From Bacteroidetes bacterium GWF2_43_63 (GTDB lineage Bacteria; Bacteroidota; Bacteroidia; Bacteroidales; DTU049): a DNA stretch of 64,000 nt. Both the position numbers and the translations under genes were made by a program. Within the stretch, counting starts at the first letter, position 1; each line of letters opens with the position of its first letter. The stretch is from NCBI GenBank assembly GCA_001769275.1, contig MEOQ01000001.1:4604-68603 (forward strand). The letters run 5' to 3'. Under the pieces are notes generated by a model that did not search any database, was not told where the DNA came from, and saw nothing but the letters and a program-made list of their open reading frames with translations. This document shows positions 28,901-35,404 of the stretch, piece by piece.

Positions 28901-28959
28901 TGTGCGAATAAAAGTTGGCTGGCAAGTAAAGTAAGAGCTAAAAGTAAAAGTCTTTTCAT
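19984..28959 (-). CDS. giant T9SS-secreted protein: endonuclease I domain, FN3/Ig-like domains, lamin-tail domain, 36 x 51-aa Cys repeats, type A C-terminal sorting domain
   Basis: Signal peptide MKRLLLLALTLLASQLLFAQ. REHQMPNSWWGG and DLHHLPPTDQYVNNRKSNY are endonuclease I motifs. LIISEYVEGSSSNKYIEIYNGTGVDVNLSDYRL is the LTD. The CTD reads VFPNPADGMIYII...TDAKGKLL...GVYFLRI. Confidence 0.9.
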   Translation of the reverse strand: MKRLLLLALTLLASQLLFAQIPAGYYDSATGTGDVLRGNLRDIITSGHVKLPYTSTAFDVWDAYSYTDVTTTGGTVIWDMYSDIPGGTPAYTFTLYTDQCGTASAEGDCYSREHQMPNSWWGGLDNAANPQYSDLHHLPPTDQYVNNRKSNYIVAETNAPTYTSSNGSKVGPCALTGFTGSVFEPINEYKGDFARAYLYLATRYMNYLSVWRNTYTYDSQYIITTTGGNYLQWYIDMLVRWHIQDPVSQKEVNRNNAIYYNTPQHNRNPYIDHPEYVCLVWTSTVCSTAPVITNIIQTPLFPSPVNTVSVTADITDDGSISTAVLQWCTDGISFGNSINMNLNGAPNYIVSTSIPAQVAGTTVTYRIIATDNDGNSTTSAIYSYTVLKPEPTNHPTAFSCETSTSASITLTWTDAIGTILPDKYLIKASNISLAAITDPVDGTPESDATLVKNISAGIQSVSFSGLTASTTYYFKIYPYSNSASNVNYKTVPAALTATCSTIAGGAGGAGCATDLIISEYVEGSSSNKYIEIYNGTGVDVNLSDYRLRLYPNGATTPTTDYLLSGTLVNGSVKVYSNSLATIYTTDTTITTATFYNGDDALALYKISTASYVDIMGRIGEDPGTAWTSGTMSMLNMTLVRNSTVFGGVTTNPSAGFPTFGAEWTAYAIDDATHLGWHTMDCPTPATVTATAASGCGTGTVTLSSTVSANQTFYLETGSGTPVANWTGATDTHTFTGLASGTYKGYTVNGSLTSPTSNTVTLTNDLVSVGGTLTGPNTSICAGSNTGAIMLSGYTGTITRWQTSNDGGTTWTDIVNTDETWSEDISTIGTWLFMAEVVSGNCPAAFSTVFSITVNPVVTPTFTQPGPYCVGATPASLPATSTNGVSGSWSPSAINTATAGTTVYTFTPAAGLCSPVVTMSVTVNANTTPAFVQAGSYCKEAIPATLPTTSTNGITGTWSPAAISTASAGTATYTFTPTAGQCAPVVTMNVTVYPTYVTLSEVEVCQGQTYTWHGSTYATPGTYTKSYTTVNGCDSIYTLNLSVNATYSYSENKAICQGSSYTWHGTTYSTPGVYSENYLTINGCDSTYTLNLTAIPTYAFSENHSMCSGESYIWQGTTYSTSGIYNKTYISTGGCDSVYTLNLTVFPKYSYVENYSICQGQSFTWHGTTYSSAGTYTKTYTTIHGCDSIFTLNLAVNPVYAFNENQAICQGETINWQGSVYASPGTYTKTYTTIHGCDSVYTLNLTVYPEYSFSENRAVCQGSSYIWHGTTYSTPGVYTKPYVSSHGCDSIYTLNLTQIPSYAFSETYTICSGNSYLWHGNTYTSAGIYSASYVSSGGCDSVYTLNLKVNPSYSYAENRSICAGDSYTWHGSTYNVAGTYVKNYISIKGCDSTYTLNLTVNPEYAFAENHSVCSGESYTWQGTTYSATGVYTKNYLTSKGCDSTYTLNLTVNPTYVTLSEIEVCQGEVYSWHGDNYSVAGTYYDSLLTQAGCDSVFILNLTVNPVYAFSESYSMCQGESYVWHGSNYTTGGFFTRNYTTVNGCDSTYTLNLTVYPAYGFFDMVEICQGSTYNWHGSSYTTSGTYTKTYTTSNGCDSTYTLSLTVHPTYSFSENKSICQGSTYTWQGTTYSAAGTYVKNYTTIHGCDSIYTLNLTEVAEYSFTENHSICDGETYTWQGNTYTTAGTYPVVYTSGSGCDSTYILNLSVNPVFSYVENYSICEGQSYTWHGTTYSTAGTYTAAYTTVNGCDSIYTLNLSVNPKYFTLSEVEVCNGETYIWRGNTYSVAGTYYDSLLTQSGCDSVFMLNLIVNPTYAFSESNSICQGSSYTWHGTTYSAAGVYTKTYSTIHGCDSIYTLNLSEVAGYSFSENHSICSGDSYTWQGNTYNSAGTYTATYVSSTGCDSTYTLNLTVNPNYVTLSGVEVCNGESYTWRGNDYSVAGTYYDSLLTQSGCDSVFVLNLTVNPSYVTLSGVEVCNGESYFWRGDTYTATGTYYDSLLTQTGCDSVFVLNLTVNPSYVTLSEIEVCMGESFFWRGNTYSTAGTYYDSLLSQSGCDSVFVLNLTTNPTYSFNENHAICSGESYTWHGTTYTASGNYQKHYTTIHGCDSTYTLSLVVHPTYHFNDNEAICQGSSYNWHGTTYSSPGVYTKSYTTIHGCDSIYTLNLTEIASYAYSEIHNMCVGSSYLWHGTTYTAPGIYAASYVSAGGCDSVYTLDLKVYPTYSFNESHTMCEGDNYTWKGTTYSSAGVYTRTYSTIHGCDSTYTLNLNTWPTYSFNENQTMCQGQSISWRGNTYSLPGIYTKLYTTIHGCDSIYTLNLTVSPTYAFSENHAICQGSSYTWHGTTYSAPGVYTKNYTSVNGCDSTYTLNLTETTSYTFSEDHSICIGESYSWHGNTFNTAGIYTAAYVSSTGCDSVYTLNLSVNPQYAFSESHSVCQGDSYIWHGTIYSTPGIYTAAYTTVNGCDSIYTLNLSVTPSYLFNESHSICQGSAYIWHGTTYTTPGVYTKYYNTINGCDSIYELTLSEVAGFAFTENSSICDGETYTWHGNTYNSSGTFTASYISSGGCDSIYTLNLTVNPAYVTLSGVEVCQGDVYSWRGNDYSVAGTYYDSLQTQTGCDSVFVLNLTVNPTFAFNESHSMCNGDSYTWHGNTYTAGGIYNASYSTVNGCDSVYTLNLTVNPSYVTLSEVEVCNGEIYSWRGNDYSVAGTYYDSLQTQTGCDSIFVLNLTVNPAYVTLSEVEVCQGDIYTWRGNDYSVAGTYYDSLQTQTGCDSVFVLELTVNSTYEFTETHTMCEGEVYTWHSANYSTAGIYYDSLQTQTGCDSVYILELTVNPTPVVWLGNDTTICADAFIVLDAGNTGATYLWSEGAATGQTFTVDSTGHGVSTFDVSVTVNDGCESADTISITIEPCDAIDENGNIVFSVFPNPADGMIYIIQSGANADAIVELTDAKGKLLFRGLYNNLNGSTQKKEFDLGVYPAGVYFLRIGNEVVRIVRQ
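20470..25977 (-). repeat. 36 tandem copies of a 153-bp (51-aa) coding repeat
   Basis: aa 995-2830. Each copy fits Y..[ST]E...C.G..Y.W.G..Y...G.Y....Y/L....GCDS.Y/F.L.L.V.P, with no length variation. Confidence 0.9.
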
Positions 28960-29241
28960 CTGACATTTTTTTTCGTGAGCAAAGCTTGTAAAGATACGTA
29001 TAGATATATATGGATGTCAAGCATCATTGTTCATTTTTAGACCATTACGCCTGTTTTTTGTTCGAATACGCTGAATATGTATCCGAAAAAGTGTAAAAAA
29101 TTCAGCATTTTGCTTTTTTTTCAGTGTTCATTTGTCGGTTAATTGGCTGGTTGGCAGTGAAAATGAGCTGGTTTGTAGAAATCGGTAGTGAAGACTCATA
29201 ATTATTTCCGAAATTAGCATTGTGAACCATTGATAAACAAT

Positions 29242-30288
29242 ATGACACTCCGGTTTATTTTTGAAGGATATAAAAACAGGGCACAGCGAATTGCCACGCA
29301 TGTGGTATTCTGGATTTTTTATGTTTCGCTTTATTCGTTGCTTGTAAGTATTCCTGCCGAAATTACTTTTATGGAGTTGTTCAGAAGATCGCTCTATTTT
29401 GTGTGGGTCGACATTCTGGTTACTTATTTTCTTATTTATCTATTACTGCCCAATTTTCTGTTGCGCAGGAAATATGTTTGGTTTGTTCTTTCGTTTATTG
29501 GTTTGAGTTTCCTGACAATGATCTTAAACCGGCTTATTAACTACTATTTCTACATTCCAAAATATTTTCCTGAGTGGGCCGATAAAATCAATTTCTGGCG
29601 TTTCGATTATTTTGTTTCCATTGTTTCTTCCCTTGCTGTTGCCATTTTTGCTGCAGCCATAAAGTTGCTTAAAATCTGGATTCAGGAAAGAAATCAAAAA
29701 AGTTTTCTGCAATTGCAGAATCTTCAAAGCGAAATGGCATTACTCAAAAGTCAGATCAATCCGCATTTTATTTTCAACACACTCAATAACATTGATACGC
29801 TGATTTCATTAAATCCGTCGAAAGCCTCGGAGAGTGTTCTTAAATTGAGCGAAATAATGCGATACGTGCTTTATGAGGCAACAGCTGATTATGTGCCGAT
29901 GCAGAAAGAAATCGATTATCTCAGCAATTATATTTCTTTGCACGAATTGAAATTCGGTCCCGAGTTCATTCGCTTCAACAATGAAATGAAAAACACCAAT
30001 GAAATAGTAGCGCCCATGTTGTTTATTCCTTTGGTGGAAAATGCAATAAAACATGGCGACAAGCGCGTGTCGTCTCCGGGTATTACCATTCATCTTTTTG
30101 AAAAGGAAGACATCGTTTGTTTTGTTGTCAGAAACCATGTTAGCCAGCATGAAACTAACAAAGATGCTTCCGGTGGTATTGGTATGGTTAACCTGAAACG
30201 CAGGCTCGAACTGCTTTACCCGCAACGTCACTCTTTTACTACTGAAATCGAAAATGGTATCTTTACTGCAAAAATCTGTCTGCTATGA
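29242..30288 (+). CDS. LytS/YehU-type sensor histidine kinase (multi-TM, His_kinase PF06580-type)
   Basis: Four or five N-terminal TM helices, then LKSQINPHFIFNTLNNI and an ATPase-like C-terminus. The ATG at 29242 is preferred because the track start is a TTG. Confidence 0.85.
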   Translation: MTLRFIFEGYKNRAQRIATHVVFWIFYVSLYSLLVSIPAEITFMELFRRSLYFVWVDILVTYFLIYLLLPNFLLRRKYVWFVLSFIGLSFLTMILNRLINYYFYIPKYFPEWADKINFWRFDYFVSIVSSLAVAIFAAAIKLLKIWIQERNQKSFLQLQNLQSEMALLKSQINPHFIFNTLNNIDTLISLNPSKASESVLKLSEIMRYVLYEATADYVPMQKEIDYLSNYISLHELKFGPEFIRFNNEMKNTNEIVAPMLFIPLVENAIKHGDKRVSSPGITIHLFEKEDIVCFVVRNHVSQHETNKDASGGIGMVNLKRRLELLYPQRHSFTTEIENGIFTAKICLL

Positions 30289-31028
30289 AACTAAAATGCA
30301 TTGTGGTTGATGACGAACCATTGGCTGTTGAAAAGCTGAGTGGATATATTTCGCGTGTTCCTTTTCTCGAGCTCCAGGCCTCATTCACCAGTGGCATGGA
30401 CGCGTTGCAGTTTCTTAAAGACAATTCAACAGACCTACTTTTTCTCGATATTCAAATGGATGATCTAACGGGCATTCAATTGCTCGAGGTGCTGAAAGTC
30501 AAGCCACAGGTAGTTTTCACAACCGCCTACAGCGATTATGCAATAAAAGGTTACGAACTGGAAGTGAGCGATTATTTGCTGAAACCGATTTCTTTCGAAC
30601 GTTTTCTGCAATCAGCCAATCGCGCTTATGACAAGGCTTCTGATAAAATAAAGACGGAAGCAAAAACAGATCAGCCTGTTGCAAATGCTGTTCCGGCGCC
30701 GGATTTCATGTTTGTGAAAACAGAATACCGTATGGAAAAAGTGAAGTTCAACGATATTCACTATGTAGAGGGAATGAAGGATTATCTTCGGATTGTTTGT
30801 CCCGATAAGCGAATCATGACGCTCACCAATTTCAAAAACATGCTTGACATGTTGCCGGATGAAGCTTTCTGCCGCATTCATAAATCCTATATCATCAATC
30901 TTTCAAAAATACAAAGTATTGAGAAAAGTCATGTGGTAGTGCTCAACGAGCGGCTTCCAATTGGCGATAGTTTTCGTAAATCATTTTTCGAATTGCTTGA
31001 AAAACTTCGCCTGATAAACAATAAATAA
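30285..31028 (+). CDS. LytTR-family response regulator
   Basis: Receiver domain MKLKCIVVDDEPLA...DLLFLDIQMDD and C-terminal LytTR FCRIHKSYIINLSKI. The ATGA overlaps the kinase stop. Confidence 0.9.
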   Translation: MKLKCIVVDDEPLAVEKLSGYISRVPFLELQASFTSGMDALQFLKDNSTDLLFLDIQMDDLTGIQLLEVLKVKPQVVFTTAYSDYAIKGYELEVSDYLLKPISFERFLQSANRAYDKASDKIKTEAKTDQPVANAVPAPDFMFVKTEYRMEKVKFNDIHYVEGMKDYLRIVCPDKRIMTLTNFKNMLDMLPDEAFCRIHKSYIINLSKIQSIEKSHVVVLNERLPIGDSFRKSFFELLEKLRLINNK

Positions 31029-31113
31029 GTTGCTGTTCTCTTTCCTGCGCCAATATTGCAGAAAATGAATATTTTTGTCACCCTGAAATTAATCTGAAAA
31101 ACAACAATATCAA

Positions 31114-33327
31114 ATGAAACGACTGATTACAATTCTGGCCCTGGTGGGTCTGATGTTCAAGGGAGCCTATGCTGTGGCTCCGCCCGATGAGGGAATGTGG
31201 CTGGTGATGTTCATCGGCAAATACAATTATGAAGAAATGAAGCGACTTGGGCTGAAACTTACGGCCGAACAGCTTTACAGTATCAACAATGCAAGTTTAA
31301 AAGATGCTATTGTTGGTCTGGGCAGCACAGGAATGGCTCCGGAAGGGTATTTCTGCACCGGCGAAATTGTTTCCGACAAAGGTCTGGTTCTTACCAATCA
31401 CCATTGCGGATACGATGCAATTCAGACACACAGTACGCTTGAACATGATTATCTCACCAATGGTTTCTGGGCCAAAAGCATGGATCAGGAACTCCCGGTG
31501 AAAGACATGACCATGTCGTTTCTGGTGCGCATGGACGATGTGACAGCTCAGGTTCTTGAAAAAGTAACCGACGATATGAGCGACGATGATCGCCAGAGTG
31601 CGATTGATGAAGCCAGTGCAAAAATTTCGAAAGAAGCTTCGGAAAAAGGTAAATACGATGCTACTGTAAAAAGCATGTTCGACAACAATGAGTTTTATCT
31701 TTTTGTTTATGAAACATACAGCGACATTCGTCTGGCTGGAGCTCCACCCTCAAGCATTGGCAAATTCGGCGGTGACACCGACAACTGGATGTGGCCACGT
31801 CATACCGGCGACTTCAGCATGTTCCGAATTTATACTTCTCCCGAAGGAACACCGGCCGCTTACAACGAAAAAAATATTCCGCTTGTACCAAAGCATTCTC
31901 TTCCGGTTAGTATCAAAGGCGTTCACAAAGATGATTTCTCAATGATCTTTGGTTTCCCCGGAACCACCAATCGTTATATGACTTCACATGCAGTAGATAT
32001 GCAGCTGAAGCAAAGCAATCCGGCTGTAGTGAAAATCCGCGACAAGAAACTTGAAATTCTGCGCAGCTACATGGATGCTGATCCAAAAATTAAAATTCAG
32101 TATGCTTCGAAATACGCTCAGACAGCCAACTACTGGAAATATTTCATTGGACAGAGCAAAGGTCTTGTGCGTTGGGATGTTTACAACGAAAAGAAAGCCC
32201 TGGAAGATGAATTTCAGAAATGGGTGAATGCTGACCAAAATCGCGTAAAAAAATATGGCACATGTATTTCTCAGATCGAAGCGGGATATGTAGACTATGA
32301 AAAATATAATCTCTCGATGCAGTATCTCAACGAAGCTGTATTTCAGGGACCCGATTATATTTATTTTTCTTTCGGTGCATTTCAGCTCTATGGTGCTTTG
32401 AAACAACAGGCCGAAGCTGATAAAGCCGACAAAGCCAAATACGATGGTGTCATTAAAAATCAGGCGGCTGCGTTTGAAGAAAAACTCGCAGACTTCTTCA
32501 AAGACTACAACAATCAGGTCGATAAAGATCAGTTCATTGCATTGCTTGAAATGTATTACAATGATATTCCTGAGGAACAACATCCTTCTATTTTCAAAAC
32601 GGTGAAAGGGAAAAAATTCAAGGGCAGTTTCAAAGCATGGGGCGAATATGTGTATGCCAACAGTGTTTTTACAGATGAAGCAAAACTGCGCGCTTTCCTG
32701 AAAGCTCCTTCCTATAAAGTTATTGCTGCCGATCCCGGTTTTGCAGTTACGCTCAGCATGGTCGATGCCATTCGTGCTCTTTATGGCGACCTCTCTGTAG
32801 TTGAAAATCAAATAAATATTGGCAGCCGTCTTTTTGTGGATGGATTGCGCAAAATGCAACCTGACCGCAAATACTATCCCGATGCAAACAGCACGCTACG
32901 TATGACCTACGGTACCATTCAGGATTATTATCCGGTTGATGCAGTTCATTACGATTTTCGCACTACGCTTGACGGTGTAATGGAAAAAGAAAATCCTAAG
33001 GTTGATGAATTTGTTGTTGAAAAAAGATTGAAAGAACTGTGGGCAGCCAAAGATTTCGGACCTTATGCCGAAGACGGAAAGCTGTATACATGTTTTACTT
33101 CTAACAACGATATCACCGGAGGAAACTCCGGAAGCCCTGTAATAAACGGCAATGGCGAACTCATCGGTATTGCATTTGATGGAAACTGGGAAAGCATGAG
33201 TGGTGACATTAAGTATGAACCATCGGTTCAGCGCACCATTTCTGTGGATATCCGCTATGTACTTTTTGTTATTGACAAGTATGCAGGCGCCACCAACCTC
33301 ATCGAAGAAATGAATATTGTGAAGTAA
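31114..33327 (+). CDS. S46 family dipeptidyl-peptidase (DPP7/DPP11-like)
   Basis: Signal peptide, PPDEGMWL, TNHHCGYD (His) and GGNSGSPVINGNGELIGIAFDGNWE (Ser); 737 aa. Confidence 0.9.
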   Translation: MKRLITILALVGLMFKGAYAVAPPDEGMWLVMFIGKYNYEEMKRLGLKLTAEQLYSINNASLKDAIVGLGSTGMAPEGYFCTGEIVSDKGLVLTNHHCGYDAIQTHSTLEHDYLTNGFWAKSMDQELPVKDMTMSFLVRMDDVTAQVLEKVTDDMSDDDRQSAIDEASAKISKEASEKGKYDATVKSMFDNNEFYLFVYETYSDIRLAGAPPSSIGKFGGDTDNWMWPRHTGDFSMFRIYTSPEGTPAAYNEKNIPLVPKHSLPVSIKGVHKDDFSMIFGFPGTTNRYMTSHAVDMQLKQSNPAVVKIRDKKLEILRSYMDADPKIKIQYASKYAQTANYWKYFIGQSKGLVRWDVYNEKKALEDEFQKWVNADQNRVKKYGTCISQIEAGYVDYEKYNLSMQYLNEAVFQGPDYIYFSFGAFQLYGALKQQAEADKADKAKYDGVIKNQAAAFEEKLADFFKDYNNQVDKDQFIALLEMYYNDIPEEQHPSIFKTVKGKKFKGSFKAWGEYVYANSVFTDEAKLRAFLKAPSYKVIAADPGFAVTLSMVDAIRALYGDLSVVENQINIGSRLFVDGLRKMQPDRKYYPDANSTLRMTYGTIQDYYPVDAVHYDFRTTLDGVMEKENPKVDEFVVEKRLKELWAAKDFGPYAEDGKLYTCFTSNNDITGGNSGSPVINGNGELIGIAFDGNWESMSGDIKYEPSVQRTISVDIRYVLFVIDKYAGATNLIEEMNIVK

Positions 33328-33355
33328 TTTGCATAGACATTTTTTTGTTTTACAG

Positions 33356-33395
33356 CCCTCGCATGGTTCCGAATCATGCGAGGGTTGTTTTTTTT
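33356..33395 (+). terminator. rho-independent terminator of the S46 peptidase gene
   Basis: CCCTCGCATGgttccgaatCATGCGAGGG is a perfect 10-bp stem followed by ttgtttttttt. Confidence 0.8.
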
Positions 33396-33420
33396 GAAGT
33401 ATTTTTCATAGCTTTACCCC

Positions 33421-33834
33421 ATGAAAACCACTGATAGAATATTGTCAATTGTGAAAGCATGGCTGATAGTTTTGCCATTATTGCTTTCATCATGTTGGAG
33501 TAATAAAAGTGATATTGAGCAAGCTTCCATTTTGTCTAAAGTCGAAATACCGGAGAATTCATTGTGCTTGTACTCAATGCACAGAAATGTGATTCATGAA
33601 ATCAGCGATGAATTTGTATTTAAAATTTTGCCAAAGAGCAGAGAGGATTTTTGCAAACGATTGGAGAAAAACTCTTACACGAAATTAACTGATACAATTG
33701 TTGTGATACGGTTTTGTCCTTTGGGTCATACTGATACAGTCAGAAATGGCTACATGAAATATGACGAGTGTTTGAAAAATTATTACTACGATTCCGATAA
33801 AGGATTTTTTTATGTACGCAACATTAATGATTAA
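33421..33834 (+). CDS. hypothetical lipoprotein
   Basis: LPLLLSSC lipobox-like signal; 137 aa. Confidence 0.45.
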   Translation: MKTTDRILSIVKAWLIVLPLLLSSCWSNKSDIEQASILSKVEIPENSLCLYSMHRNVIHEISDEFVFKILPKSREDFCKRLEKNSYTKLTDTIVVIRFCPLGHTDTVRNGYMKYDECLKNYYYDSDKGFFYVRNIND

Positions 33835-34006
33835 CAATGTTCTGAGAGAATGATAAGCAAGTAATATTTTTTCTTCGTTTCACTCGGGAAAAACACTCAG
33901 GATGACAGCAGGGGGTCCCGCGTGCAGTCATCCTGACAATTACGCGACAAGCACCAGCAAAACGCGTTTTATAATCTGAATGAAAAAAGACAATTTGGCA
34001 AACATA

Positions 34007-34115
34007 ATATTCCATCGTCCGATGGCGACGAAGGAGGCGGAGGATATGGAATCGTTATGTTTGCAGCAAAACCGACGATTCCATATTCTACGTTTCTCTC
34101 CGAACGATGGAATAT
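34007..34115 (+). repeat. structured palindromic element, family A copy 2 (short form)
   Basis: tattccatcgtccg...atatggaatcgt(19-nt loop)acgattccatat...cgaacgatggaata. Both stems carry paired substitutions relative to copies 1 and 3. Confidence 0.7.
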
Positions 34116-34198
34116 CGGTTTTGCCCTTCTGTTTGATTTTTAGAGGTTTATACGAGTGTGTCATTAGCAGTTTCGCTACTGTAGCTATTCTTCATAGG

Positions 34199-34283
34199 TT
34201 GGGCGTAGTCTTTCTAAATATATTTGCCGGGTTGAGTCTCCAGACTCAACCCAACAGATTATCTATTTTAGACTACGCCCAGC
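34199..34283. repeat. nested palindromic element, family B copy 2
   Basis: TTGGGCGTAGTC...GGGTTGAGTCtccaGACTCAACCC...GACTACGCCCAGC. Confidence 0.7.
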
Positions 34284-34374
34284 CTAAGATGTACAGTGAA
34301 AATCAACAAAAGAAAACATTGAGTTCCATGTCGCTGTCTGCGTTTCAGCTATACTGATACAACCGTGATCTCAT

Positions 34375-35394
34375 TTAATACAGCGAAAAACTTTTTGACA
34401 GCGGGCTGTATTTTATAAACACTTCGAAGCACCCAAAACCATTGCTGGCCTCTTTCAGCGAGGAGGTGTTTATTTCGTACGCAACTCCGATTCCATAATT
34501 TGCATAATCGAACATGATGCGCGCCATCGCTGCATCATTAAGACGATAGGCGCCTCCGAAGCTAAATATGGCACGTGATACCGAATATTTTTCGCTTTGT
34601 TTGAGATAGAATTTGAAATCACCTCCGGCTGTCAGCTCATAGGCCGCGCCTTGCAACATGCCAAGTACCCATGGATTGAAAGCTGTTTTTTTATCTTTTC
34701 CCAAAGAAAAAAGCAAGTCGGTCATAAACACCATTTTAATGTCGGTCTGTTCTTCGCTCAGTGTAAGACGTTTTCCCTGGTTCAGATGCCAGAATCCGGC
34801 TGAAATGGTTCCGCTGCTTTTTGCGAAATGATCAATATTGGGTGCTTCGGACATAAATTTATATGATGTTCCGGCCGATAAATCAAAACTTGCTTTTTGT
34901 TGCTGTTCGAAATATTCTCCGTGCAGAATGCCCGGATCGTATTCGTATCCATTGAACTGATCGGTCCACATCAGATCATCGGGATCGAGCGACTCGTAGC
35001 GTGTTCCGCTTCCAATGCCGACGGTCATTATTTTTCCTTCGGATAATTTGACATTGGCTGAAGCTCCTAAATGCGCAAGCAGGCTGCTGTAGCTGAATGC
35101 CGACTGATTGAAAACAAATCCGCCAATGGATAATGTTGTGTTTGTTGATTTCGAAACGCGCGAGTTTCCGGATATTCCGTAGGTTTGAAATGCTGTGCCC
35201 ACATTGCGCCACTGGTTGCGATAAGCCATCTGAAAACTCATCTGATTATCCTGTGTTCCGATGAGCCCCGGCGACTGATATTCTATGAAGGCATTGCTAA
35301 AACTGAAGTGCGGATCCTGCGCATGAGTCTTGTTGCTGATGACGAAAAATGACATAAGCAACAGTGTGAATAAAATTGTTTTTATTGTTTTCAT
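34375..35394 (-). CDS. PorP/SprF-family T9SS outer-membrane protein
   Basis: Signal peptide followed by AQDPHFSFSN (the family's QDPHFSQ start); 339-aa beta-barrel-like. Lies 10 nt downstream of a type B CTD cargo gene. Confidence 0.8.
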   Translation of the reverse strand: MKTIKTILFTLLLMSFFVISNKTHAQDPHFSFSNAFIEYQSPGLIGTQDNQMSFQMAYRNQWRNVGTAFQTYGISGNSRVSKSTNTTLSIGGFVFNQSAFSYSSLLAHLGASANVKLSEGKIMTVGIGSGTRYESLDPDDLMWTDQFNGYEYDPGILHGEYFEQQQKASFDLSAGTSYKFMSEAPNIDHFAKSSGTISAGFWHLNQGKRLTLSEEQTDIKMVFMTDLLFSLGKDKKTAFNPWVLGMLQGAAYELTAGGDFKFYLKQSEKYSVSRAIFSFGGAYRLNDAAMARIMFDYANYGIGVAYEINTSSLKEASNGFGCFEVFIKYSPLSKSFSLY

Positions 35395-35404
35395 GTTGCT
35401 TTGT

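Noticed and set aside
31984-32859. 291-aa minus-strand ORF.
   Set aside because: It is entirely antisense to the S46 peptidase gene and gives a low-complexity Phe/Ile-rich peptide.
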